The translations under genes and the position numbers were made by a program. The notes below the pieces were generated by a model, which was not told the DNA's origin, searched no databases, and was given only the letters and a program-made list of their open reading frames with translations. DNA of 63,251 bases, the filler included, from Craspedostauros australis (lineage: Eukaryota): assembly GCA_030167865.1 (NCBI GenBank). It is 8 parts of 8 records of this genome, joined end to end, with 100 filler letters (N's around TTAATTAATTAA, not from the genome) between each part and the next. Parts side by side here need not be neighbours in the genome. Positions count along the whole stretch, not along the records: positions 38,094 to 47,121 come from JALAGF010005988.1; positions 47,222 to 50,131 come from JALAGF010005989.1; positions 50,232 to 53,291 come from JALAGF010005990.1; positions 53,392 to 57,575 come from JALAGF010005992.1; 4 more parts are not named here. One strand, written 5' to 3'. How positions within the stretch are numbered: the first letter of the stretch is position 1; each line of letters starts with the position of its first letter. Shown here piece by piece: positions 46,459 to 57,675 of this stretch.

Positions 46459-47221
46459 TCACGATTCATTCGTGAAGCCTCGTGACACTCCGGATGAAAA
46501 ATGACACTTGTGGTTTGATCGAGGCGATGTCATCACACAACAGGGCAAAGGCGGAAAGGCTTCCATTTCTGTCCATATTTTGTTGGCACTCTTGCCATCC
46601 ACTATCCATTATCCATCAGTCACCATGCAATCAAACACAACTGAAAGACCAACAAGCTGAGCAGCAAGCATCGGAGGAAGGCAGCGAGGCGGAGGAAGCG
46701 AGGGAAGCCGCACCACAACAACCATGAGCAGCAGGGGAGAGCACCAAGGCGGAGGCAGCAAGAAAAGCACCACCACGAGTGTCGAGATGTATGTTGGCAA
46801 GTTCCGCTCACGGTAACCTACGATCGTGGAAGATGGTGGTGGTTGATAGTCGTCTGTTTGCTATTTCATTAGTTGGCTNCTCCGATNCTCTNNNTGTACA
46901 CCAGTTGTCTTGCCCGATGCTCTCNGCGCTTCAATCTGTTTCGTAGATTCAGTCTCCGACTATGAGTCGGTACGCGAGATCCTCTCTCGCTCCTCTCTGT
47001 ATTCTCTCTCTCTCTCTTTCTCAACATCATGTGCTCATGCTACACGATACTCCGTGTTCGATGCGTGCTCTGCATTCGACACTCCGTTCATTCAGTACTG
47101 GCTTCTACTCCATGAGTACTTNNNNNNNNNNNNNNNNNNNNNNNNNNNNNNNNNNNNNNNNNNNNTTAATTAATTAANNNNNNNNNNNNNNNNNNNNNNN
47201 NNNNNNNNNNNNNNNNNNNNN

Positions 47222-50131
47222 AAAACCATCAACACTCTCCCGGATCTGGTGTTTGGCCTTCCATCATTCCGGCCTTGCACCTCGTAGGATCTCCAGGTCT
47301 GTAGTTTCGCTCGCTCTCTCTCCATCTTGGATGACCCTCTCCCAGCTTGCGGAACTGCCAGACGAGTTGGATGTCTCTCACGTTGGTTCGCAGGTGTCAC
47401 ACGCCGTTCATTCGCCTGATGCACATCCACCATCTCGAAGTCATCCATGCCCTCATTTCCATCCGAATCAGAGACAAGCCCAGGATCNNNNNNNNNNNNN
47501 NNNNNNNNNNNNNGGACATGGTCGGTTGGGTCCGCCATCACACCGCTCTCATCGTCCGAAATGACATGAGGAAGTTCATCGATGCTGACCATCTTTGGAA
47601 TCTTGGTGGTTACCGCTCTCTCCCCAGTGGACGGAGTCATCATCAGTGGAACATCCGCATCGACCACAGCCTTCTCATCTGGGACTGCGGCTGCAGTTGC
47701 TGCTGGTGTTGGATTGGATGCAGGCTCATGTTGTGCAATGATCTCCACACTGTCCACGACCCCTGCTCCATGCCACTCCATCCAGTTCAGGTCTCTGGAC
47801 ATCACCACCTTGTTGGTATCAACCTTCAGCATCCGGTAGGTATCGCCTGCATGGTTGTCAGCATAGCCCAGCATCACCGTTTTGAATGCTTTTGGTGTAA
47901 GCTTCGGCTTCTTGGCGCGATCCGTTACGTATCCGACGCGTCCCCATTCCATCAGATGCGGATAGAGCTTGGGATTCTGGCCGTAGAAGGTTTCATCTGG
48001 ACTCTTGTCATTGCCTGTCGTGACCGTCAGGTTATGGAGCCGGGTTGCCGTGTGGATTGCCTCCGCCCAAAGCCGTCCTTGTGCCTCATCAGTGNNNNNN
48101 NNNNNNNNNNNNNNNNNNNNNNNNNNNNNNNNNNNNNNNNNNNNGAAGTTCATCGATGCTGACCATCTTTGGAATCTTGGTGGTTGCCGCTCTCTCCCCG
48201 TTGGACGGAGTCATCATCAGTGGAACATTCGCGTCGGCCACAGCCTTCTCATCTGGGACTGCGGCTGCGGCTGCTGCTGGTGTTGGACTGGATGCAGGCT
48301 CAGGTTGTGCAATGATCTCCACACCGTCCACAACCCCTGCTCCGTGCCACTCCATCCAGTTCAGGTCTCTGGACATCACCACCTTGTTGGTATCGACCTT
48401 CAGCATCCGGTAGGTATCGCCTGCATGGTTGTCAGCATAGCCCAGCATCACCGTTTTGAATGCTTTCGGTGTNNNNNNNGGCTTCTTGGCGCGATCCGTT
48501 ACGTATCCGACGCGTCCCCATTCCATCAGATGCGGATAGAGCTTGGGATTCTGGCCGTAGAAGGTTTCATCTGGACTCTTGTTGTTGCCTGTCGTGACCG
48601 TCAGGTTATGGAGCCGAGTTGCCGTGTGGATTGCCTCCGCCCAAAGCCGTCCTTGTGCCTCATCAGTGAGATCAGCATCCAACATGAGCGCCAGTGCCGA
48701 ATCTCGAATCGTCACGAATCCTCTCTCGACAACACCATTCATCATTGGTGTATTGGGGGCAGTGTACTCCAGTTGGATTCCGTGCTCGTCACAGACCTTC
48801 TCCAGCTTCCCTTGGTTCTCACCAGCGTTGTCACACCGAATGGCCTCCACCTTCAGGTCCGCACCTNNNNNNNNNNNNNNNNNNNNNNNNNNNNNNNNNN
48901 NNNNNNNNNNNNNNNNNNNNNNNNNNNNNNNNNNNNNNNNNNNNNNNNNNNNNNNNNNCCACGATCAACAGCCAGTAGTTGCTTCCTTTGGCCGTCTTCT
49001 TGTATGGACCAGAGATGTCCAGGTATAGGCGTTGAGCGATGTTGGTAGCCTTCTCAAAGGCCTTCTTCCGCACTCCCTTCGCCTTTGCTTTTGCCTTTGC
49101 ACACGCCTCACATGCTCTCCAAGTCCCAGTGAGTGACCAGCCTGCCTTTGCTGCTGTCAGCTTGGTGTAGCGCTCGTTTGGATGCCCCAGGATGCGATGA
49201 GCTCGATTGACATCCATGGTGCTCTTCCTCTCCACAGTTCCCGTGGCCATGATGGATTCCGTTGGCTTCCCCTTTGACTTGCATTTGAGGAAGTACAGGT
49301 TGCCGTCTCCATTGTCCTCTTCATGTTGGAACTTCAGACTGATGTTGGCGCTTGGATGCTTCAAAGTGATATCATCCTTGCCTCCACTGAGCGTGCATCC
49401 CTTCTCCAGGAATTGGGGAATACTGATGATGTTGTGCGCGAATCCTGGGACCACGAAGACTGACTTCAAGATGAACTCGGTACCATCCAGACACTCTCCA
49501 TGGAATTCCCCCACATGGGTTGGTGTCACCATGTTGCGGTCTCCCACCTGCACCTGTCTGTCGTCGGTGACCGCCNNNNNNNNNNNNNNNNNNNNNNNNN
49601 NNNNNNNNNNNNNNNNNNNNNNNNNACTGATGTTGGCGCTTGGATGTTTCAAAGTGATATCATCCTTGCCTCCACTGAGCGTGCATCCCTTCTCCAGGAA
49701 TTGGGGAATGCTGATGATGTTGTGTGCGAATCCTGGGACCACGAAGACTGACTTCAAGATGAACTCGGTACCGTCCAGACACTCTCCATGGAATTCCCCC
49801 ACATGGGTTGGTGTCACCATGTTGCGGTCTCCCACCTGCACCTGTCTGTCATCGGTGACCGCCACCAGATCTGTGATCCCTTCGGTTGACCAGGTCACAT
49901 GNCATGTAGCTCCGGTGTCAGCCAGCCACTTGTTCTTGTCTCCAGCCTGCCTGCCATCTGTCCCNGTTACATGAGATATNGCTGCCATACCAACNAACAT
50001 TCCAGAGTGGGTGTTCCCAGATCCTCCTGCTTGTCCGCCCTGTCCGTTCTTCTCCGGACAATCCTTGGCCTTGTGCCCTTGCTTCTTGCATCTGTAGCAC
50101 TTGATTCGTTGGAGGTAGTCATTGTTGTTGG
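47222..50131 (-). mobile_element. Ty1/Copia retrotransposon fragment A: zinc knuckle, protease, GAG-pre-integrase, integrase (with gap-flanking duplications)
   Basis: CYRCKKQGHKAKDC, WLADTGAT, AHRILGHP...CEAC, IRCDNAGE, YTAPNTPMMNGVVER, LWAEAIHTA, and the SH3 MLGYADNHAGDTYR. Confidence 0.92.
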
Positions 50132-50231
50132 NNNNNNNNNNNNNNNNNNNNNNNNNNNNNNNNNNNNNNNNNNNNTTAATTAATTAANNNNNNNNNNNNN
50201 NNNNNNNNNNNNNNNNNNNNNNNNNNNNNNN

Positions 50232-53200
50232 CTTTGGGGACTGGAACCATGTTCACACCCAACACAAAGCCACTGTGCGTTGCCATGATCCGGTCAAACC
50301 GGATGCGCTGTCCATTCTTCTCCAATGCGATGATGACACCTTTGTTACTGATGTCGAACCCATTCTGGAGTGCTTTACCGATGCTGAGGAGATTCACCCA
50401 AAGCTTCGGCACGTACCTCACTCCCTTCAGGATGATGATGGCGCTCTTGCCATCCTTCTGCAACACTTTCATGCGTAAATCTCCGACCTTGGTGGCACGC
50501 AAGAATTTACCGCTTCCGACCTTCACCGAAAAATTAGAGAGGCGCACATTAGTCATGCCCTCATCGTTATTCGTGAGGTGGCATGATGCACCTGTGTCAC
50601 CCAACCATGTGTTTGCTTCATGCTGGTCTGGCGCGATGAGCTTGCGGCTGCTGCTGCTCGCCTTGAGGTCCCCGACCACCATGGCCAAGTCATAGCCTCG
50701 AGTAGCCATCGCGATGTGGTCCGCCATCTCCAGTCGGTACTGCGGACTCCCCACACGGGGTCCCTTCTTTGGCAACTCGCGACATTCTATTCCGTCGCGT
50801 ACTTCGGTGTCTTCCCAATTGTACATCCACATGAGTCGCTGAGCTGACATTTTGCTCATTCTTGCGATCAGGTGATTTGGGAGGAGTGGGAGTTGCTTTT
50901 CTTCGAGTAGCTCATTAACCATCACGAGCTTGCATGACATATCGAACATTCCGTTGATGCCGATCTGCGTGAGCATGTAGTAGAGCTCACGAGCGCCCAT
51001 ACACTGTGCTCCTGTTTCGATGGTCGCCTTTCTCACGTCGTAGCATAGAAGCGCTACATTGAAGCGCACATCGTTCGCCTCCAATGCGTTGGATAGGGAC
51101 ACCCTCACGGCGTCCTCCACTGATCCGAATCGACTAAGGATCTCGCGACGGCGAGCAATCTCGGCTTCAGTGCTCGGTGGGAAAGTGTCATCTCCCCAGT
51201 GGGTGCGGATCTTGAATGGATTATACTCGGTGCAATCCGTGCACCATGAGTACATCGCTCCGCGAGTGAGACAGAGTGGGCACCATGCGTCCATTCTGCT
51301 TCCCTCACATGCGCGGTCGACCTCTTCACGCAAGAAGCGATCGATGGGGTTGCCAGTGCGAGCCACTGTTGTTCCTCTCCCACGCGTAGTCGGCGCATCA
51401 TCGAAGTCCATTCCAGGCATCGCAATCTCTTCATTGTCCGCGATGATCTCGTCGATGACGTCGTACTCAATCAGGTCTTCGCCCATGAGCTCGAGGATAT
51501 CGACCTTGCTGTCGTTGGTTGGCGACTCAGCTCTTGCAGCCGGAGAGAATGTTCCCATGAACTCCACGATGTCGTCCTCGTCGTCGCTATCGATCATGAT
51601 CTCGTTATGATCGTTGATTTCGACGAAGTCTCCGTCCGCGATGATGAGCGCCATATCATCCATCGCGTCGTCGCCATCCATTGCCACATTGGCACTTTCT
51701 GCGTCTTTCATCGCTGCCTTCAGCTTAAAGCACTGAAGGATCTTGTGCCCAGCCTTTCCGCAGTAGTTGCACTTGCCATCGAACTGTACCTTCTTGAGTC
51801 CGCCTTTGGCGTTGGCGTGGTGGCCTTGTTTCTTGGCACCGCCGCCCCTCTTGTTGTTGTTGCCGCCCTTGGCTGGCGCACGACAGTCTGCCTTCTTGTG
51901 CCCGTAGGCGCCACAGTTGCGACAGTTTCCCTTGAACTGGCCAACTCCAATCAGTGCGAACTCTTCGCTACCGTTGTTGCCTGCGCGCTTATAACCATGT
52001 TTGAGATGGTGGCGGTCGTAGGTGAGGCTCACGGCTTTGCGGATGTCGCCCACCGTCATCTCTCGTTCCTTTCCTAGGAACTTGAGTTCGAGCAACTTCA
52101 CATCCATCTCGTACTCGCGGCCGAGTGTGTTGAGGACGAGCATGTTGAACTGCTCCACATCGACGATCACCTTCAGGTCGATCAGTCGGTTTCGAAGGAC
52201 CTCCATGTCCGTCAGGAAGAGATCCGGATTCTCTNNNNNNNNNNNNNNNNNNNNNNNNNNNNNNNNNNNNNNNNNNNNNNNNNNGATTTCGACGAAGTCT
52301 CCGTCCGCGATGATGAGCGCCATATCATCCATCGCGTCGTCGCCATCCATTGCCACATTGGCACTTTCGGCGTCTTTCATCGCTGCTTTCAGCTTAAAGC
52401 ATTGAAGGATCTTGTGCCCTGCCTTTCCGCAGTAGTTGCACTTGCCGTCGAACTGCACCTTCTTGAGTCCGCCTTTGGCGTTGGTGTTGTGGCCTTGTTT
52501 CTTGGCACCACCGCCTCTCTTGTTGTTGTTGCCTCCCTTGGCTGGCGCACGACAGTCCGCCTTCTTGTGCCCGTAGGCGCCACAGTTGCGACAGTTTCCC
52601 TTGAACTGGCCAACTCCAATCAGTGCGAACTCTTCGCTACCGTTGTTGCCTGCGCGCTTATAACCATGTTTGAGATGGTGGCGGTCGTAGGTGAGGCTCA
52701 CGGCTTCGCGGATGTCGCCCACAGTCATCTCTCGTTCCTTTCCTAGGAACTTGAGTTCGAGCAGCTTCACATCCATCTCGTACTCGCGGCCGAGTGCGTT
52801 GAGGACGAGCATGTTGAACTGCTCCACGTCGACGATCACCTTCAGGTCGATCAGCCTGTTTCGAAGGACCTCCATGTCCGTCAGGAAGAGATCCGGATTC
52901 TCTCCCTTCTTCAGCCGCATCCCGTTGAGCTCCGCTAGCAACTTTGCCTTCATAGGCGCAGTGCGCTGCTCNTAGATGCGCTCAAGAGCCACCCAAGCTG
53001 CACGAGGGTCTCCTCCCCCGTTCAGCATGCTCTTGCATCCCCACACCGCCTCGAAGGCAACTTTGCCTTCCTTCGAATCATGGCTAATAGCCAAGGTCAG
53101 TTCTTCGTAGGCGTACTTCGCCATCGCTTCCTTGTACTCGGCCAGGTCCGCGGCGCTCGGTTTGGCGCTTGCCTTGCCGCTCGCCTTGGTGCCGGGTTTG

Positions 53201-53291
53201 AGCTTGATACCTGCCTCGGTCTTGATGGTTGGGACCAGGCTCTCGGTAACCTCAGAAGGAGCTTTCACTTCCACCTCAGAGTAGGCCATCA
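50232..53291 (-). mobile_element. Ty1/Copia retrotransposon fragment B: gag with two CCHC knuckles, ~330-aa insert, protease
   Basis: Gag-type ENPDLFLTDMEVLRNRL, CRNCGAYGHKKADC, CNYCGKAGHKILQC, WLGDTGASCH and YVPKLWVNLLSI. The gag segment is duplicated across the gap at 52235-52284. Confidence 0.92.
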
Positions 53292-53391
53292 NNNNNNNNN
53301 NNNNNNNNNNNNNNNNNNNNNNNNNNNNNNNNNNNTTAATTAATTAANNNNNNNNNNNNNNNNNNNNNNNNNNNNNNNNNNNNNNNNNNNN

Positions 53392-56300
53392 GGCCTTGAT
53401 CTGAGCTGTGGGGTCGGGAGGCATCTGGAAGATGGATGGTTGCATCATCGTTGGTCCTCGGTTGCTGGACATGATGTATCCGGACCGAAGACGTCGGGGT
53501 GACGGGTATGCTATCGCTGGTCGGACCTCCGTTCGGGCTCTCTTGTTGGCATTGCTGGTCTCCGGAGTGTCGGGGGTCGATGGTAGGGGATGGTTCGAGG
53601 CACGGAGTTGGCGGGTATTGGTGTTCGCGTACTCATTGTAATTCACGGGTGCCGGGTACGCGGTTGCTACCGGCACGTCATCATCGGTTGGTCCCTCCGG
53701 TGGTGTAGGGACCTCTGGTTGCTCATCCTGGGTTGTGGGAGGCACTGGTTCTGCCGTCTCGGTAGGTTCTTCCACGGTCGTGGTGGGGGCCCTATCTGTG
53801 TTGATGGTCCCACTTGTGGATTTCTTGGCGGACCTGACCTGTTTGATCATCTTGATTCCCGATGTTCCCGAGGAAATGGTGGAGTCCTCGGATTCGTCGA
53901 AGAGCCCCTCTCTTTTGGGACGATTGCTTTGCTTGCTGCTGGCTCCAGAGCTGGGTCGTCGCGACGCTTGGCTTCGTTTGGTCGACTTGCCTTCTGGTCG
54001 GTAGATGGACCCAGAATCGTCACTGTCGCCGGGCTCTGGGACGGATGCGCTGTTCACGGAATGGTCGGCTGGGATCATGGGCTTTGGGCGTACCTTGTCG
54101 GTATACCCTTGTCCATCTCGCGTGGCGGTCAAGATTTTGGACGCTGGTGATGGTCGTGATGATCGTCTGATGGGAGGTCTGGGATGGCTGATCACCGCTC
54201 CGCTTGCGATCTCTGCTTCCATGTCAATCACACTTCCTGGGTCCTGCGATTCTTGGTCTCCATCGTGGTACGTCTCTGATTCAGACTCCTGATGGCTGGC
54301 TTCTTCTGCGGTCATCTTTTCGTCGAAGAATCCGTCAGGGATCTCATCCAGGAACCTGCCTTCTGGTGTCTCTCCCTCTTCGAGACTGGGACGGGTGTCT
54401 TCGAGGGATGGTATCCCATTGACCATCTCATCATCGTCGGTGGGGGGAAAAGGCTCGTTCGCGAGTGCTTTCTTCTCTCGTGCGAGGTTGACGGCGAGGG
54501 TGTCGCTTTGTTTTCGGACCATTCGTGCCTTCCTTGCACGTGTGAGGATGATTGGGATCCGGTTCTTCCTCACCTTGAAGAAGTGGCATATGGATGGCTT
54601 CCGCATGGTTGCGCGGAACTCGTCGGGTGGTTCGCCCCATGCGCCGTCCTGAGCGGAGTAGAAGCACTGGCCATCGGCTATGGCGATGCTGAGGACCTTG
54701 GTGGTTTGGAGGTTGTTATCCAGGTATTCGGAGAGGGTGAGAGGGTAGATGGATTGTTTCTCTACATGGGAAATACGGCCGGCTGGTGTGTTCTCGTTTC
54801 CCTTCGTGCAGAAGATTCGGACTCTGCGGCCACTGTGTCCGACGACGATTCCTTGGAAAGGTCCCTTCTTTCCTGCGGGATATAGCACCCTGGATCCGGG
54901 AACGGGACAATTGATGCCCTTGTAGAACGGGGTGTACTTCGGGAATGTCATCTTGCGTGTCCTCGTCAGGAATGGGGAGAGGTTGTGTCCGGGGTCCTGG
55001 TTGTGACGGCTCCGTTTTTGTGGTGAAAGCATGTTCATGTCGCGGAGTGCAATAGAGGGTGCGGTCGCGTTCCGTGCCAGGTCTTCTTGGAGATCAGCGA
55101 TCAGCATGTCGCACCTGTATGTTTCGTGCTCAGGTGTGACGAAAGCCCGAGGTGTCAGGCCCGTGTGGAAGGAAGTTTCACAGTTGCCTTCTTTGATGGC
55201 TGGCATGGTGACTCCAGGTGGCGGTTTCCGGAACTTGGTCGATGTGGCGACGTGTGATTGGTTCCTTGGCATGATGGGCCCTGTCTCCAGCATGTNNNNN
55301 NNNNNNNNNNNNNNNNNNNNNNNNNNNNNNNNNNNNNNNNNNNNNTCCCTTCTTTCCTGCGGGATATAGCACTCTGGATCCGGGGACGGGACAATGGATG
55401 CCCTTGTAGAACGGGGAGTACTTCGGGAACGTCATGGTGGGTGTTCTTGTTTGTTGCAGGGTGAAGTTGTGTCCGGGATCCTGGTTGTGACGGCTCCGTT
55501 TTTGTGGTGAAAGCATGTTCATGTCGCGGAATGCAATAGAGGGTGCGGTCGCGTTCCGTGCCAGGTCTTCTTGGAGNNNNNNNNNNNNNNNNNNNNNNNN
55601 NNNNNNNNNNNNNNNNNNNNNNNNNNNNNNNNNNNNNNNNNNNNNNNNNNNNNNNNNNNNNNNNNNNNNNNNNNNNNNNNNNNNNNNNNNNNNNNNNNNN
55701 NNNNNNNNNNNNNNNNNNNNNNNNNNTGTGGCGACGTGTGATTGGTTCCTTGGCATGATGGGCCCTGTCTCCAGCATGTCTCTTGGGTAGTAGAGGACGT
55801 CGCTTCCACATGAGGGGTTGATACTCGATAGTGCGCTGAATTCGTCTGTGAGGGCTGATGGTGGTGTGTCGCCACGCCGGATCGTGAAATTGGCGGTTGG
55901 CGCGCCGGCTGGCTCGTGGTTCTGATTCGTGTTACGGTTGTCGGTCATGTCGTATACGACATTGGAATTTCGCGTCTGTTGGCGGTTGGTCGAGGCCGGT
56001 GTGCTCTTGGTGCGCTTGATGGTTCTGGGTGATTTCCTTTGTGCCGTTNNNNNNNNNNNNNNNNNNNNNNNNNNNNNNNNNNNNNNNNNNNNNNNNNNCA
56101 TGATGGGCCCTGTCTCCAGCATGTCTCTTGGGTAGTAGAGGACGTCGCTTCCACATGAGGGGTTGATACTCGAGAATGTGCTAAATTCGTCGGTGAGGGC
56201 TGATGGTGGTGTGTCACCACGCTGGATCAAGAATTTGTCGGTTGGCGCGCCGGCTGGCTCGTGGTTCTGATTCGTGGTACGGTTGTTGGTCATGTCGTAT

Positions 56301-57575
56301 ACGACACTGGAATTTCGCGTCTGTTGGCGGTTGGGCGAGGCCGATGTGCTCTTGGTGCGCTTGATGGTTCTGGGTGATTTCCTTTGTGCCGTTTCGAGGG
56401 GGTTCGGTTCTCGTAGGGTTCTGGTTAGCCGAAGGGTTTTTGATGTCGGGCTGTATTTCATGGAGGTTTGTTGATACCTTGCCATGTTCACACTCATAGT
56501 GTGTTCTTCCTTCGGTGGTGGTGGTTCTTGCGTCTCCGTGGCCATTATATCGGGATCATCGTCTGCTCTGGTCGTCCTGCTCATTGTTATGGCTTGTGAT
56601 ATGGTTTCGCTGTGGTATCCGGACTCATGGATTGAGTTCCGGAATATCGTTCTCGACGTGATGTGGTGGAATGGTGTTTTGGAAAGGGGCTTGGTGAGTA
56701 TGTCGGCGATGTTGTCGACTGACGCAATGTGGGAGAACACGATGATTCCGGCGGCGATGCATTCCCGGATTTGGTGAAAGGCCAATGAGCAGTGTTTCTT
56801 CTTCAGCGTTGAGGATGGAACCGTAGTATTGAGTACCACNNNNNNNNNNNNNNNNNNNNNNNNNNNNNNNNNNNNNNNNNNNNNNNNNNNNNNNNNNNNN
56901 NNNNNNNNNNNNNNNNNNNNNNNNNNNNNNNNNNNNNNNNNNNNNNNNNNNNNNNNNNNNNNNNNNNNNNNNNNNNNNNNNNNNNNNNNNNNNNNNNNNN
57001 NNNNNNNNNNNNNNNTGTTGATCAGTAGAACCACGCCCGTCATTGATTTCCGTGTGACCTGGTCATGGCCATGGTCAGCGTCCACGTAACACGTGATTTG
57101 GACCGGTTTCCCTTTTGGTGCTGGTACTGATATGGGGGTGACCTCAGATGCGGTAGGGTAGAATTCTCTCCAATGGCTTGAGAGGGTGGTGTCGATGTTT
57201 GTGTGGTCCACTGGGTTGGGGTCGCAGAGGATGGCTCCCCTTTCTCGACCTTTGAGGTATCCAATGATACGTTGGATGGTCAAAAGGTGTCCTTNNNNNN
57301 NNNNNNNNNNNNNNNNNNNNNNNNNNNNNNNNNNNNNNNNNNNNNNNNNNNNNNNNNNNNNNNNNNNNNNNNNNNNNNNNNNNNNNNNNNNNNNNNNNNN
57401 NNNNNNNNNNNNNNNNNNNNNNNNNNNNNNNNNNNNNNNNNNNNNNNNNNNNNNNTCTACCATGGGGGTGGATGCCTTCGGGATTGTCTTCCCTACTAGT
57501 TGCTCCACTCGTTTGATGACGTTTCCGATATACGTCTGGGCCGAGAGTCCGATGTTGACTCCCCTGTCCTTCCAG
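53392..57575 (-). mobile_element. Ty1/Copia (CoDi-like) fragment C: RT C-terminus, RNase H and a long in-frame downstream extension
   Basis: LSAQTYIGNVI...ASTPM, CYVDADHGHDQVTRKSMTG, SSTLKKKH and NIADILTKPL. No stop codon after RNase H. Confidence 0.88.
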
Positions 57576-57675
57576 NNNNNNNNNNNNNNNNNNNNNNNNN
57601 NNNNNNNNNNNNNNNNNNNTTAATTAATTAANNNNNNNNNNNNNNNNNNNNNNNNNNNNNNNNNNNNNNNNNNNN

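Noticed and set aside
46791..47121. Start of another LTR (TGTTGGCAAG...)
   Set aside because: Truncated by the contig end, with no second terminus or matching copy in the window.
51610..52905. Gag with four zinc knuckles / duplicated gag
   Set aside because: The duplication straddles a 50-N gap and is near-identical, so it is an assembly artefact.
47222..57575. One continuous rearranged retrotransposon
   Set aside because: It consists of three separate contigs joined by artificial linkers, and two different protease domains are present.
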